This document shows positions 37,809 through 51,193 of a DNA stretch of 64,000 nt, one piece after another. A program made the translations under genes and the position numbers. The first letter of the stretch is position 1; each line of letters opens with the position of its first letter. This stretch comes from Camelus dromedarius (Eukaryota), in assembly GCF_036321535.1 (NCBI RefSeq), contig NC_087436.1, forward strand, positions 92,444,001 through 92,508,000, read 5' to 3'. The notes beneath the pieces are model-generated. The model was not told the origin of the DNA and searched no databases. It saw nothing but the letters and a program-made list of their open reading frames with translations.

Positions 37809-40800
37809 GTAGGTTCCCAGTCATGTCGTCAGATTTCAGTAAGAGCAACTTGATCCTAAGTTCTTGGTGTCTAAAGTTCCTGGAGGTTGTTCTCCCCAGA
37901 ACTTGTAAATGTCAGCTGTTTATGAATTCATTCACTCAATACTCAGGGCTGACAAACTGGGTTAGAATTTATTAGCCGCATTTTGAAGGTGAGCCCTAGC
38001 AATCATTAATAGTTATTGTTCATAATTTGAGTAGGCAGGTGGCTCGCCATTTTCTGTGTCTCAGATTGATCATTTACCTGCATTTCTGTATCTGCAAATC
38101 CAGGGTTACTTCTGTAAAGGTTCTGTCTTCTACACTTAAATCTTTGATTCTGTTACTTAGTCTTATTTTAGGAGAATGTATGATGGGAGGCACCAACTAA
38201 GTCATCTTCCAAGTAGCTGAGCATTTTTCTGAAGGCTGTTTATTGACCTTACAGTTTTCTGCCCTCTAATCTGTAATAGTGCCTGTATCCTAAATTGAGT
38301 TATCAAGGCCTACTCCACTGAATTATATTTTTGTGAATCATTTACCTCCAGTCCTTCCTGAATTTCTCGCCAAAGAATCTTCCCTATGTCTTCCTAAAAT
38401 TTAAAGTATATTCATGACTACGCCCAGTCTCTTCCCTTCTGCTCACCATGAAACGCAAGGCTCTTCCTCTTTGCCACCCACTTACTGAACCTTACCAGCT
38501 GGCCAGACCAGGTGTAAGGTGTAAGCAGTTTCTCAAATCGCTTTCTCTGCATGGGAGATGACGTGTTAGCAGGGCTTCTGAAGACTTTCTCAGAATCTGT
38601 GCTTTTAACATTATCCTTAAAACTGTACTGTTGCTTTTATTTTTTTTTTCTTTTAAAATATTTATTAATAAAAGAGTCTTACACTTTTTAAAACCTTTTT
38701 TGGGTCTGGGCTTGATTTACTTAAATATCCTGTATATGACGTTGTCTCCAAATTTATAAGTCATGCCTTATAGCTATTTCCTGAATTTTAGTTGAAATAA
38801 TACTTTGTGAAATATTGTTTAAACCATACTTAAGAAGTATCCTTGGTAAGTATCATTTCAGCCTATAAACTTGTATTATATTCAGAGCAGTAAGAGTTGC
38901 TTATTACTCCTAGTAATCTAATTATTTCAGTCAGTCATTTAATTTTTCTTCTCTGTGACATGTATTGATAAATACTGTTACTATAAAGCTTTTAGGCAAT
39001 ATGTCATATGGATACTTAATATTAGTAAGAATCAGACTCTGCTTAACCGTGAGGAAAAAATGGGAAATTATGTATCTTAACTGTCTCGTTTAAAAAGAGG
39101 ATACTGATGATTTTTAAAATCTACTTTCCCAGTGGCTTTTCTTGGTTCCTTGCTAATCTCTCAACCAAGTCTTAGTCTTGTTCAGCTCTGATACTCCTCC
39201 ATCAGGACAATTTTGTGCCAGACTTAGTTGTTTAATCACTTTCGTTAATGGGATCACAAGGATCAAGGAAAGATTGCCCGAAAGCACATTAGGTGATATG
39301 ACTGTTGGCTCTGATTTGGAAACAGAACAGAACACAGAGCTGTTTAGATAAAATGACCAGCTCCGTGGAGCCAGCGTCTGCTCTGTGCCTACTGTGTGCT
39401 GAGTGTAAATGCTGCACAGACGAGGGTGAATAAGACTGTCTGCCTGCGCCGCTTCATGTTTCTGTCTGCCTTTTGTTTTAAGCAGAATCACAATTGGTTT
39501 GAAAGATGTGGGAGGCCGATTGTCACCGCAGCCGAGCCTCATTCTTAGAGCATTGCTTAACACAGTCCCTCCCACCATTCTTCAAAAAGTTGAACCACAA
39601 AATTAAACAATAGCAGAGGGAGAGAGAAACTAGAAAGCAGAGTCAAGGGAGAAAAAATGTGTTCTGCGCTTGTGAAATTCCCTCGTGAGATCCTTGTTCT
39701 GGATGCTCACAAGTCCCAGGACCTCGGGGCTCCTCCAGGTCCCAGGCCCCTGGGTGGGAATCACGTGCTGCACGTGCGGCCCAGCTCTGACACTGAGCTT
39801 AGAAAGATGTGTGTGGCCCCTTCCTCCCTCCGTCCTGTTTTATGCATGTTTGAGGACCGTGAAGGTCCCTATGCAGACACTGAGTTTTATTTAGAGTTTT
39901 AAGGGTTTGTTTTTTTTTTTTAAAGTAAAATAGCTTTCCTCTACTTTTTTCTTCTAATTACCTTCATATTCTGTCTTTTCCCATAAGGACTGTGGTTCAA
40001 CTTCCGGTCTGGCTTTGAGAATTCGTCTAATCCCATAATTATATCAGTGCCACTGCCCAGTTTATGCCTGTGCACCTTCTTGGCCTGGTGCCTCTTGGCA
40101 TTTAAACTATTGGCACAGACCGTCTTCTTGTCATCTCCTTTCCTGACCTCGAAGCATCATTTCCACAATAACGCTTCTGTCACTAGTGAGGAATAGGTGG
40201 GCAATTCTGCATATCATTCCTTACAGTTAAATTCAGGCATCACTCCTGGTGTCTCAGATGATTGCAATCTCCCAGTCTCAGGAAATTCTCTATTTTACTC
40301 CATTATAATAAGTGCTCCAGATAAACATTGAATATTATCTCAAAATACAGTACGGCACTGTTTTCCCAATTCGTTTCTGTTCATTCTGGCTTTATGGGTT
40401 TTCCCCACAAACCACTTTACAATTTATTTCTCATCAGTCCCCCCATGAAGATAATTCAGAATTCAGAATCTGTTCTTCTGTGCCATCTTCTCTGCTGTAG
40501 CCAGAGTGGAATTCGGGGAAAGCCTCCCCTTAATGGGTAATGGGGCTCTGGATATTAGTTCCATCCTCAGGATTACATCAGCCACTTTCTTCCCTGACAT
40601 TATCAGCGTGGAGGGCAGGAGGCGGTTTTCAGTGTTTGCCTAATTGACACAGTTATAAAGATGAGCGTTTTCCCTGAAGAGTCTGCAGTTGAATTGAAAG
40701 ACACAGTTGTTCTCCATCAGTTGTCATTACATCTCTTACTCACCCTCATTTTCCAAAGGGAATACTCAGAGACAGGAATAATCCCCTCACCCCAAAATTA

Positions 40801-42894
40801 TTCAGGGCTTTGGAGTCCTGGTTTTGGTTTACAAAGTGAAGTTTGCGTGTTATACCTCAAATAATTCTTCCAAGTATGTAAAACCCAAGAAGTAAAATAA
40901 AATCTGTTTTTATCAGTCTACCAAGCACCATATTTTCATATATACCACACAGGTTTTGTTTTTACCTCTGTGCGAATTTACCTGTGTAACCTGAGTGGTT
41001 TAATAGGAAGCGTGCATCTTTTGTTAAGGGAGTTTTGGGTAAGTTCAAGTTATAAACATTGAACCACTCCTTTTGTGGTCCTTCTCTTTTGTTCCCTTCT
41101 TCAAGTACACTGATTCTTACCGTTTGGTGTGATCACAGATACTTTTGATGAACAAATGAAAGCTATGGACCAATTTTACACAAACATGGAAAATTGAATG
41201 CACCCCTTTAAGGACCTCACAGACTCCCTGAAACTCCTTGGACAGATAGAGGTGGGGAACCTCGCAAGACTGATGATTTGTGTACACGGCTAAAACAAGA
41301 GCTATTCTGCAAATTAACTGGACCAGAGAAATAATTTCTCGTCTCAGCTGCCCGTATTTATGCCCTAAGGTCTTACAGCTTGTGTGATTGGTACAGTGGT
41401 GCTTTAGCTGGGGATTCATGGAATTCCTCTTCTCACTTTACCTCTCTTGCACTTTGGATAACGAATGGAATCTCTCTGGCCTTGGTTTTGTGACCTATAC
41501 GATGAAGAGCTTGGCATATAGCAGTGATTCAAATCCTCCAGGAAGGCTGGATGTCCTCAGCAGTTAAGACTGGAGCTTCTCTGGCATAGAGAGGTGGGAA
41601 ACCCATGCACGCACCCTTCCTGGGTTAGCTCCTTCCAGCTTGAAAGCCACTGGGCCAGGGGCCCTCTCCCAGCCCTTTCAGTTTTGAGGTGAACCCTACT
41701 TCTGTTGGCTGCTCTGTGCTGGGAGGAGTCATCTACTGCTTGGATCAGCTTAATTCAGGGAAGCATCTGTCCTGCCTCTTTTAATATTCCCTCCAGAAGA
41801 GAGTGGGGACACTGCAGTGGACTAGCTGCGTGTTAAGTAGCATGTGGTTTCTGAGATCCTCGTCAGTTCACATACTCCAGCCTTTCAAAGAATTTTACAT
41901 TTTTTTCTGTAGTTGTCAGTGTAGTTTAAACATATTTTGAAACTTACATTCTGTGACAGTTGGTTGAAAATTGGCCTAGAGCCTCCAAGCTTTTAGACTG
42001 TCTGGTAATCACCGTTCTTCTACATAATTTATGTACTCATGTCTTCTGAAAAGCAGAAGTTAAATTGAAGTCAGCATTTTTCCCTACTTGCAACATCTCT
42101 AATCAAAGTGTAAGCCCCTTCTGGGCCATTTTCCCCATCGTGCGTAAAAAAACACTTGACTCCGATGAGTGTCGTCACTCGGGAGTGACATTCCAGGCAA
42201 AACCTTTCACCTTAGTTCAATCGAGGGGCCCTCCAAGAAGAGGTCTAAGGGGACACCTTGAATACTTTTTGTCATAGCGTGAGTATGTTAAGTAAAGGGT
42301 CAAGTCAGGTCTACTTCTTGAATCTTTTGGGACTGTCTTAAATAAGGGATTTCTCTAAATAAATGTTCTACTTAAAGGGTAGTCATAAAGCACAAATGAA
42401 GCTAATAAATGCTCAACAGACATTCCTTTAAAGAAGAAAGTTTATGAACACCACTGGATGCCAAGCAGATGTTTGGCTTTGAGAAAATTTACAAACTCTT
42501 AATGAATGTCAACCTTATATTTGCTTCCAAGAAAATATGAATAAATGTTGGAAATGTTGAGAGAAGATTTATTTCATAAATATATGGCTAAAAGAGGACA
42601 CACTGAAGAAATTTTATAACTTCATAAAATACCCATTTTTGCTTTAATATAATAATAAGTTGCTCAGCCCTGTCCATCTCATTTGTGGTTCTGCCTGTAC
42701 TGAGTAATGTTAAAGGAGCCGCATGGCCACATGACAGCCTGGTAGCCAGTTATGATGTACACGATCAGGGAAGTCCTTATTGGGCAGTAAAGTATCTAAA
42801 AATTTATGAGGAATCTAAATGCTATAGAGTCTCACTTTAATTCAACATTATACAGTTTCACAGGTGACTCAGTTTACATAAACCTCCATCACCT

Positions 42895-42920
<26 letters not shown>
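42895..42920. repeat. (AC)13 microsatellite
   Basis: Read directly. Confidence 0.96.
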
Positions 42921-42927
<7 letters not shown>

Positions 42928-43852
42928 AATTAGAACTTCAGGTTATATAATTCTGATCAAACATGAGTGTAAATCTCAGTGAATTTTCACAAAGTGAGCA
43001 TACTGCCTTATCAAACACACAAACATGACCAGCACCCCAGAAGCCCCCTCATGCCCCCTTTATTTTATTATCCCCACAAGGATAACTGCTGTCTTGATTT
43101 CCATCACCATCCCTCTTAAGTTCTGTCTTAGTTATTAAAGTTTCTTTCTGTTTTGTATCTTGCTCACTTGGAATAAGTAAATACCTCTTCCATAACTACA
43201 TTCAAATTCTTTAGGATTCTTTTCTGTTCAGCAGTCAGAAGTACAGAGCTCTGCAGCCTTCCACTAAAGGCCTCCCTAAAACTTTACATAAATCAGTAAA
43301 TCACTCTAATATGTTCCTCGGTCACGTGCACAGCCACCTGAGGCTTCCCATTCTCCTTCATTTCTCCAGTGATGGAGTGAGAGGACTTCATTTTCTGGTT
43401 TGCGAAGGACATGGGATGTGGAACCTACAGTAGTTCTCTGATCTGCCAGACTGGGGATCAGCTTGTCCGGGAAACGGAAGCAGAGTTAGTTTGGTATAAC
43501 TGGTTCCCTTGAACCCTGGATGGTTTCTAGTGATGACCCACTTGTTAATAAGCCTATCTGAGCCATCGCTGCTTAGGGCAAATTAAAGGTTTGGCATCTT
43601 GAGCCAGGCTAGAGTTCCAGGAGTCGAGATCAGGCAGAACAGCAGGTCATGGCTGCCTGGACGCTGCAGGGCACAGAGCGAAGAGAAAGGAGAGACAGCA
43701 TCCTAGGGGAAGATGGTCTTGGAAAACAAAAGGTATATTGCCAAGAGGGCAGTATAAAGAAAACAGAAACAGCCATAAAACGACAGGCTTTATATTGAGA
43801 CATGAAAGAAGCGATGGTGCCAGATGGCATTTCCAAGAGGGAGTATTTTATA

Positions 43853-44070
43853 GAGCAAGTGGCAAACTTTTTCTGCAAAGAAATCAGAGAGTAAATATTT
43901 TAGGCTTATGGGCCAGTCTCTGTCACAGCTACTTAACTCTGATGTTGCAGCTTGGAAGCAGCAACAGGCACTACACAGATGAATGGGTGTGGCTGTGACC
44001 CTGTAAGTCTTTATGTAAAAGTAGGATGCTGCCCAGATTTGCCCCGGAGGCCGTAGTCAGCCATCCCCTG
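43853..44070 (-). mobile_element. MER58A-like hAT-Charlie MITE
   Basis: ggcaaactttttctgcaaag...agtaaatattttaggctt...gaatgggtgtggctgtg...ggccgtagtcagccatcccctg is the reverse of the MER58A consensus. Confidence 0.85.
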
Positions 44071-44412
44071 TAATGGACTCTGTGGCTCATGAACGAACAG
44101 TAGAGGGAGTCAGTTCTGACAAAACTTTTCCCAGAATATTGATGGAGTTCACCCCGGACTTCTAGTCTGTTACTTACAGATGCATTCTTTTTTCTTGAGA
44201 ACTGAGACACGTGACCATCTCTCCTCACCTGGCATGTTTCCCTTCCTTCATGATTCCTCAAAAATGACTGACATTCTTTCTGTTGGGACAGCTGCACAGT
44301 CTGGCATCCCCGTTAAATTTTTCTGTGCCCTTGGATTCAAAACAAATCCATAAATGTGTCTGTTTCCTGAAATCAGTTGGTTTAAACTGAGGTGTCAATA
44401 GCAAGGGATACA

Positions 44413-44852
44413 ACCATAAAAAAAGAATGAAATAATACCACTTGCAGCAACATGGGTGGACCTGAAAGTTACCATCGTAAGTGAAGTCCGTCAGAGAAAG
44501 ACAAATGTCATATGATATCACTTATATGTGGAATCTAAAAAGATGACACAAAGGAACTTATTTGCAAAATATGAAGAAGACTCACAGACATAGAAAACAA
44601 ACTTATGGTTACCAAAGGGGAAAGGGTTGGGGGGAAGGATAAATTAGGAGTTTGAATTTAGCAGATACACACTAAGATATATTAAATAGATAAACACCAA
44701 GGTCCTACTGTATAGCACAGGGAATTATATTCAGTATACTGTAATAACCTATTATATATATATATATAAACTGAATCACTGTGCTGTACACCAGAAACTA
44801 ACACAACAGTGTAAATCAATTACACTTCAGTTTTTTAAAAAAGAATTAAAAA
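44413..44852 (+). mobile_element. 5'-truncated L1 (artiodactyl/laurasiatherian-type ORF2 end plus 3' UTR) with degenerate 16-bp TSD
   Basis: aagaatgaaataataccacttgcagcaacatgg...atatgatatcacttatatgtggaatctaaaa...ctactgtatagcacaggga...gctgtacaccagaaactaacacaac. TSD aatagcaagggataca (44397-44412) versus aatagcaacagatata (44853-44868), 13/16 identical. Confidence 0.92.
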
Positions 44853-46464
44853 AATAGCAACAGATATATTATAAACCCAGGACCATATACATGCATCCTG
44901 CTCTGTCACCTCTGTGCCTTCCCTCTGTTCTAGGGGGAAGTACCTCCAAGGTGCTAGAGGACCAGGGAGGCAAAGGAATCAGGCTGGAAGATGTGCAAGC
45001 TAGCCTTCTCCCTAAGCTGGAAGCACCACAGAATCTCGAACTAAATGAAGTTCTTGGATTTTTAGGCATTGTTTTAGTGTTTGCCCTTTATCCCCAGTCA
45101 CTTTCTTTTCACTCCTCTTTAGGCAGACATTCTTAGGTATTTAATAGGTTCCCGTCCATCTGCCATACTTTATGTGTATAGCTGTGTAGCTATGAAAAAT
45201 GCATAATATTGTTAAATGTGATTTGAATTGGGGGATAGATGCCTATTTATAATAATATATCAGCATAATTTTTTGCCTTTTTTTAATCTTTCTACATGTT
45301 TTTGAGATCTCTCCATGTTACCATGTATAGAACAAGTTTACGTCTTCACATATACACCACTTTATTCATCTGTTCTTGTAGTGATAGACACATAAATTGC
45401 CCCTCAATCTTTGCTACCATGGAAAGTGCCGAAATGAATATCCTGTGTACCCATGCAAGTGTTTTTCTAGGATATATACTTAGGAATGGGAATGCCTGGC
45501 TGTGGGATATATATTTCAGTTCAATCCGAATTATCAGAACTATCTCATTGCTCTAAAACAGCTGCGCTAGTATGTACTCCCAGATCCATGTAGGAAGGTT
45601 GCTGTCTCCCTACCTTCATATCGACACTTAACATTCTTCCTTTTACAACTTTGCCAATTTGATGTTTAACAAGTGGCACCTTGTTTTGATTTTCGTTTCT
45701 GTGAATACTAGGGAGATTGAATAGCTCTTTATTTAAATGTTTAACCCTCTGGATTTCTGCTTTTGAAGTACATTCACTCATTCTTTCTTTTTTTTCTTTC
45801 ATTCATTCATTCAAAGTGTTTTTCAAGCACCTATTATGTGCCATAAATAGAACAATGAACAACAAGAAAAAATAATCCATGCCTTCACATTGTAGCTGTT
45901 ATTCAGTAAAATAAATACACAGATGCATACAAAAGGCAGTAAATGCTGTGTGTATGAGTGATTATAATTGATTTATTACATATCAGATAGACATAAAGTC
46001 AATGGTAACACTTGTTATGAGAAAAAGTAGCACACTGAAGAAGGCTCCGGATACAGAGCTTTCCATTGGGTTTCCTGTATATTTTTCCTGCATATGTACA
46101 AGAATTCTTTGTATGTTCTGCATATTGATTCTTTGCTGGGTATAGACATGGCGAATATCTTCTAATCCAGCTCCCTTCTCAGTTCTGCCTGTGGTATTCT
46201 TCCTGGAACAAAAATCATTGACCTTGAGACAGTCAAATTCCATTAATTTTTCCCTTTAAGGTTTGTGCTTTTGGGATAGTAAAAACTTCCCACCCACGAA
46301 GATATTCTCCTACGTTTTTTTCTGTTAACTTTATAGCTTTATGTTTTTTGTATGGATATGAAGGAGAAGGGGTCCAGCATTATTCATTTCTACACAGTAA
46401 GCAAATTCTCCCAATACCACTTATTAAACAATCCACCCTTTTCCTTCTGTTTATAATGCTATAT

Positions 46465-46660
46465 GATCCAGAGCTTAAGCTCTGAGGCCAGACTTTCCAG
46501 AATCTAAGTCCAGACTCCACCTCTGAGTAGCTAAATAATATGTTAACTTCTCCAGCTTCAGTTTTCTTCATCTTTGAAATAGAGATAAAAATAATTGTTC
46601 ATAGAGTTGTGAGGAATAAATGGCCTAAGATATGTACTCAATGCATTGGTAGCTATTATT
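46465..46660 (+). mobile_element. MIR SINE
   Basis: ttaacttctccagcttcagttttcttcatctttgaaatagagataa...catagagttgtgaggaataaatgg. Confidence 0.75.
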
Positions 46661-46904
46661 AAAAATTATATTCCTCTTTGAAATGCTATCAAATTTTATT
46701 TTGTATAGCCTAATCGAACATTTCTCATGAGAAGAATGCTATCATACATTATTAATATTTCTCTCTGACCATTATGGCCTTTTCTGTGTCCTAAATTCTG
46801 TTTATCTGGCATTAAAATTGCTAACGTGGCTTTCTTTTGTTTCATATGGGCCTTATCTTTTTTTTTTTTCCAACCTCTAAACCTTTGTGTTCGATCCTTC
46901 TGTA

Positions 46905-47145
46905 TAATATAGTAGCTAAAAATGCTGTCCTCTCTCTAAATCCACACTGCTTAGTGTTGAATTCTGGCTTCACCTCTGTCTTTCTTACTATTTTGCCTTA
47001 AGTTATGTAATCCTTTTGTGCCTCAGGGTCCTCATTTGTAAAATGGAAATAATAGTAACCTGTCTCATACAGGATTCAGAGAATTGAATGAATTAAAATA
47101 AGAGCTCAGAACATAGAACAAGTAAGTGTTATATTAGCTGTTATT
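46905..47145 (+). mobile_element. MIR SINE
   Basis: tgtgcctcagggtcctcatttgtaaaatggaaataatagtaacctgtctcatacagg MIR core. Confidence 0.8.
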
Positions 47146-47554
47146 GTGAAGTGTGTCTCTTAGATGCCATATTGCTAGATATTTTTGTTTTAATCTAATG
47201 TGAGAATTCACCTTCTAATTGATGAATTTAACCCATTTATATTTATTATAATTATTGCCATATTAGGCCTCACTCTCTAAATCAGATTTTCTTCAGCTGG
47301 TTTGAGACTTTTACAATCTATATTTATGCTATGTCTGATTATTTCTAATGTTTTGATGACCATATTTGTACTTATTGTCTGTATGTATTAGTATGTCTTT
47401 CCTTCCCTCCCCCCCCCCATAAAGAGACAAGAACTGAAGATATTAAAGTAATTTTGTGCATGCATCCAGGAGCAGTCAGATTGCTTTCTTTGTAATTAAT
47501 CTACTTTTATATTAGAAGCTTTTAGAAGCTTTAGAATCTTTAGAATTTTTTCTT

Positions 47555-47786
47555 TTTTTAACTTTTTTTTATTGCGTTATAGTCATTTTACAATATTGTG
47601 TCAAATTCCAGTGTAGAGCACAATTTTTCAATTATACGTGAACATACATACATTCATCGTCACATTTTTTTCCACTGTGAGCTACCATAAGATCTTGTGT
47701 ATATTTCCCTGTGCTATACAGTATAATCTTATTTATCTATTCTACATTTTGAAATCCCAGTCTGTCCCTTCCCACCCCCTACCCCC
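47555..47786 (-). mobile_element. Young 5'-truncated L1 3' end with 14-bp TSD
   Basis: Poly-T, then ttacaatattgtgtcaaattccagtgtagagcacaatttttca...ccctgtgctatacagta. TSD tagaattttttctt (47541-47554) versus tagaatgttttctt (47787-47800). Confidence 0.92.
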
Positions 47787-50056
47787 TAGAATGTTTTCTT
47801 AATCGTAGTTTAACCATAATGTGTCTGCAGTAGGTACGTTTTTCTTGCATTTCTTTTTGGTGCTATATAAGCCCTTTCAATCTAAGGATAGATATCTTTC
47901 TTTAATTCTGGAAAATTATTAATCATTCTTTTTAATTTTATCCTTTTTTATTCTCTTCTTGGACTCCCATTACATATATGTAGTCACCTCTTTTCCTCCA
48001 TTCTTTTCATTTTTTTCACAATCTTTAATTTCCTCTTATCTTTTGGGAAAATTTTTTGTTTTCACTTTCAGGTTCTATCATATTGACTACTCAGTTTACT
48101 ATTGGCTTCTTTATTTTAGCAGTTATAGTTTTATATAACTTATTCTCAATTGATTCTTCACTGTAACTCCTTGTTCCCGTTAGATGTTTCCAGGATCTCA
48201 CCTTATTTTTCCAAGGTTTATTTTTCATTAAACTTTTTAAAAATTCTTGTTATCTCTGCTTTTACAAGTTCTACTTTTTTATAAGTTATTATATTTCTTT
48301 TGTGCTCATAATCTTCTCCTATCTTATAAGTATTCCCTTTGAAACCATTTTTCCCCATTTTCCCTAGTGAGCAGTAATGTTCCCTCTGAGGCAAAAGTGA
48401 AAGCTAGGTCCTAACATGAGGCAAATTTGGAGACAGGGCTCAGTGAATCCCTGTTTTCCCCTAGTTCCTTTATCCAAACACCACTCTTGTTAAAGGCAGC
48501 CACATTCTGATGAAATTGCCTGAGCGAGGTAACGTTCAAGGGTTCTCAGCACACCCATACCATTGGCACCTGTCTCTGCCTGGCTTCATGCCCTGAGGTT
48601 GACCAGAAAGCTTGACTTTCCTCTCTGAGGCATGAGGGGAGAAATTTCCTGAGGTTTTACCTTTAGAACACTGGGGATACTCCTGGATTTGGTATGTTTT
48701 GTTTTTCAAACATATTACTTTGTAGACTTCGAGTTTCCACAGACTCCAAGCCTAAACCAAAGTTCACAGTTTTGTTGGGAGAGGAGCCCCTTAGCTCAAT
48801 CCAGCCCAGCCTCAGCCCCCCACACTGGTCAGCCTGGGCTTGCACAGGGCACCACGGAGAAGTGGGAAAGCTTTCCCCACCTGGCTGTTCCCCTACAGCC
48901 TCTGGTACACCACTCTTACCCATTTCCTGTTTACCCAAAGGTTTCTCACAGATTTTGTGTTAACTGATAATGGTGACCCCGAAGTCTAGTGAACTCCTTT
49001 TCTAATTCATGGCATCCTCTGGGTTTTATTCCAATTTCTGTCGATAGCCTGTGCTCCCACTTCTTCCATCCACCACTAGGTATTTCTGAGAGAAGACTCC
49101 TTGGAGAAACCATCCACACAGAAGAGAATTCAAAAGGAGTGGAGGGCAGAGGAAGGAAGGAAAGAAGGGCAGACTGATTTTCTTTAAGCCTAGAGAAGCT
49201 CCAGCCTTTCCTTACCTAACCAGAGTCACGGGAAAAGGGAAGAGAATCAGTGCCCCATGGGCTACGAGCAGACATGGTGTATGGGGGGAGATGGAGGCCG
49301 TAGGTCTTCCCTCTGAGAGCAAGGTCACTATAAGGCAGAGCTAGAAGGGGAAAGCAGTCCGCCTTCTCGAGTAGACGTGCTTCACGGTTGGAAGCCCACC
49401 AGTCCTATCAGGCAAGGCTCCCTAGACAGAAAGTGGTGGCTGGGCCTTGCCCCATGTTGAAGAAATTACCATCTCTCTCTCTCCACTACTTCTATCTCTT
49501 TAAAGCAAGAGTCCATAGAGAAACCATTGTCATGTAGGCTTTTAACATCTGACGCCTGAGACAGTGGCTCAATAAAAGTCCTTAAGCTAGTAACTCCTAG
49601 GGGCAGAAGGAGGATTCTGAGGTCTTCTATTTCATTTCCTTTCTTCTCCTTATATTCTTCCATAGAAATTCTGTCACATAGTAAAAGGTCACTAAATACT
49701 TGGTGAGTGGATGACATCTGAATGTACAACCCCGGCTCTGCATCCTTTTCCAAGCTCAGTTCTGACTTTTCCATCAGCTTGCTTAGTGATTCCACTAGAA
49801 TATCTCAGTGATATCTGACCTTCTGAGTATTTAGAACATCCCTGATATTTTTCTTCTATATATCTTCCTGCCTTTTCTATTTATGTTTAATCCCTCATTT
49901 TCCTAATAACCCAACTTTGAAACCCTAGGGATCATCTCTGATTCCACTTTGATTTGAAAACCCCCACCAACTAAATGTCCCTTCTTTTCATTTTCATTGT
50001 CCTCATCCTAGGTAAAGTCCAGATACATCCACAGATATCTCCATCTATTTTATATA

Positions 50057-50145
50057 CAGACATACCTAATTGTATTGTACTTCACAGATGTTGTCAGATG
50101 ATAGCATTTTTTTAGCAATGAAATATTTTTAATTAAGGTATGTGT
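50057..50145 (+). mobile_element. Tigger1-like (TcMar) internally deleted 5' fragment
   Basis: TA followed by cagacatacct...ttgtacttcacagat, joined to tcagatgat..agcatttttttagcaatgaaatatttttaattaaggtatgt. Both are recalled Tigger1 segments. Confidence 0.7.
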
Positions 50146-50618
50146 ATGTCTGTCTGTATGTATATATGTTCTGAGCAACCCAAATTAATATTTTTAAGTC
50201 ACTGCTTCTATTATATTCACTTTTGGCTCAAAAACTTTTAACTTACTGCTTAGAGCCAGCTGTGACATTCGGACTTTCTTACCGTGCATGCAGAGGCCCC
50301 TGTCATCTGGTTCTAATCTACTCTGAATATGCCCACTTTCCACTAAAGAAGTGGTAAGTTTCCTTCTCCACTTAATGGTTTTTCACCTGTCTTTCCCACC
50401 CTGAAGAATCCAGTATCCTGTACTTAGTTCCTCTCTACTCCAGATACATGGCGGGTTAAACAGACTGCCTCCTAACAGTGAGCCATCTAAAATGAACAAG
50501 AGTTGTGATCTTAGCTTCATGGATAGTGAGGTTAATTTTTCTTTCTTGCAAAATTTCCATTTATTCAGTTCTACTACCATGTTTACATCCGCTGAGTGCT
50601 AAGCAGAGTACTAGGTCC

Positions 50619-50620
<2 letters not shown>

Positions 50621-50700
<80 letters not shown>
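50621..50700. repeat. Compound tetranucleotide microsatellite (GATA)12(GACA)8
   Basis: Read directly. Confidence 0.97.
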
Positions 50701-50703
<3 letters not shown>

Positions 50704-51129
50704 CAACCTTTTTTTTAATGAATGGTACCACTGTGGACAAACTTTTCTGTGGTGTGACTACAGTGATAAAGATTTCTACTAGAAGGAGCTTTGTTTTTAG
50801 TGCCTTTTATAAGGTATCTTTGCCAGTTAGTAGTTTGGGGTGCCTACACACACACACATACATGCATATTCAAACATACACTATCCATATGGTCAGTCGT
50901 TATTTAAAATATTTTCTGAACCATTGAAACCAAAGTTTACCTATAACAACATAAATTCCGCAAAAGAGAAGTTTTGCATCTAAGATGCATTGCAAAAAGA
51001 AATCTTTTTTAAAGTTACTTTCCTTTTTTGTCCTATGGCAAGGCTATCTGCATTTTATTTCTGTAGATTCCCCACGTTGTAAGTTCCCCTTGATGCCTCT
51101 GCCTTCAGAGGGCATCCACAGATGTTGCT

Positions 51130-51193
51130 TTTGGAGGCTAGGGGAGCGAGCACTCACTCATCATTTGGAGGCTGGGGGAGCACCCACTCATCA
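51130..51193. repeat. Imperfect 30-34 bp tandem duplication
   Basis: tttggaggctaggggagcgagcactcactcatca followed by tttggaggctgggggagcacccactcatca. Confidence 0.9.

Larger units (their letters stand above)
45130..48350 (-). mobile_element. Ancient antisense L1 (L1M/L1ME-like) tract interrupted by L2, MIR and a younger L1
   Basis: T-rich sequence with antisense L1 phrases (gtttttctaggatatatacttaggaatgggaatgc, tttgccaatttgatg, gaatttaacccatttatattta). Boundaries approximate. Confidence 0.65.

Noticed and set aside
11458..44070. Inverted MER58A copies driving circularisation of exons 3-5
   Set aside because: The copies are ancient, highly diverged and about 32 kb apart, so stable pairing is unlikely.
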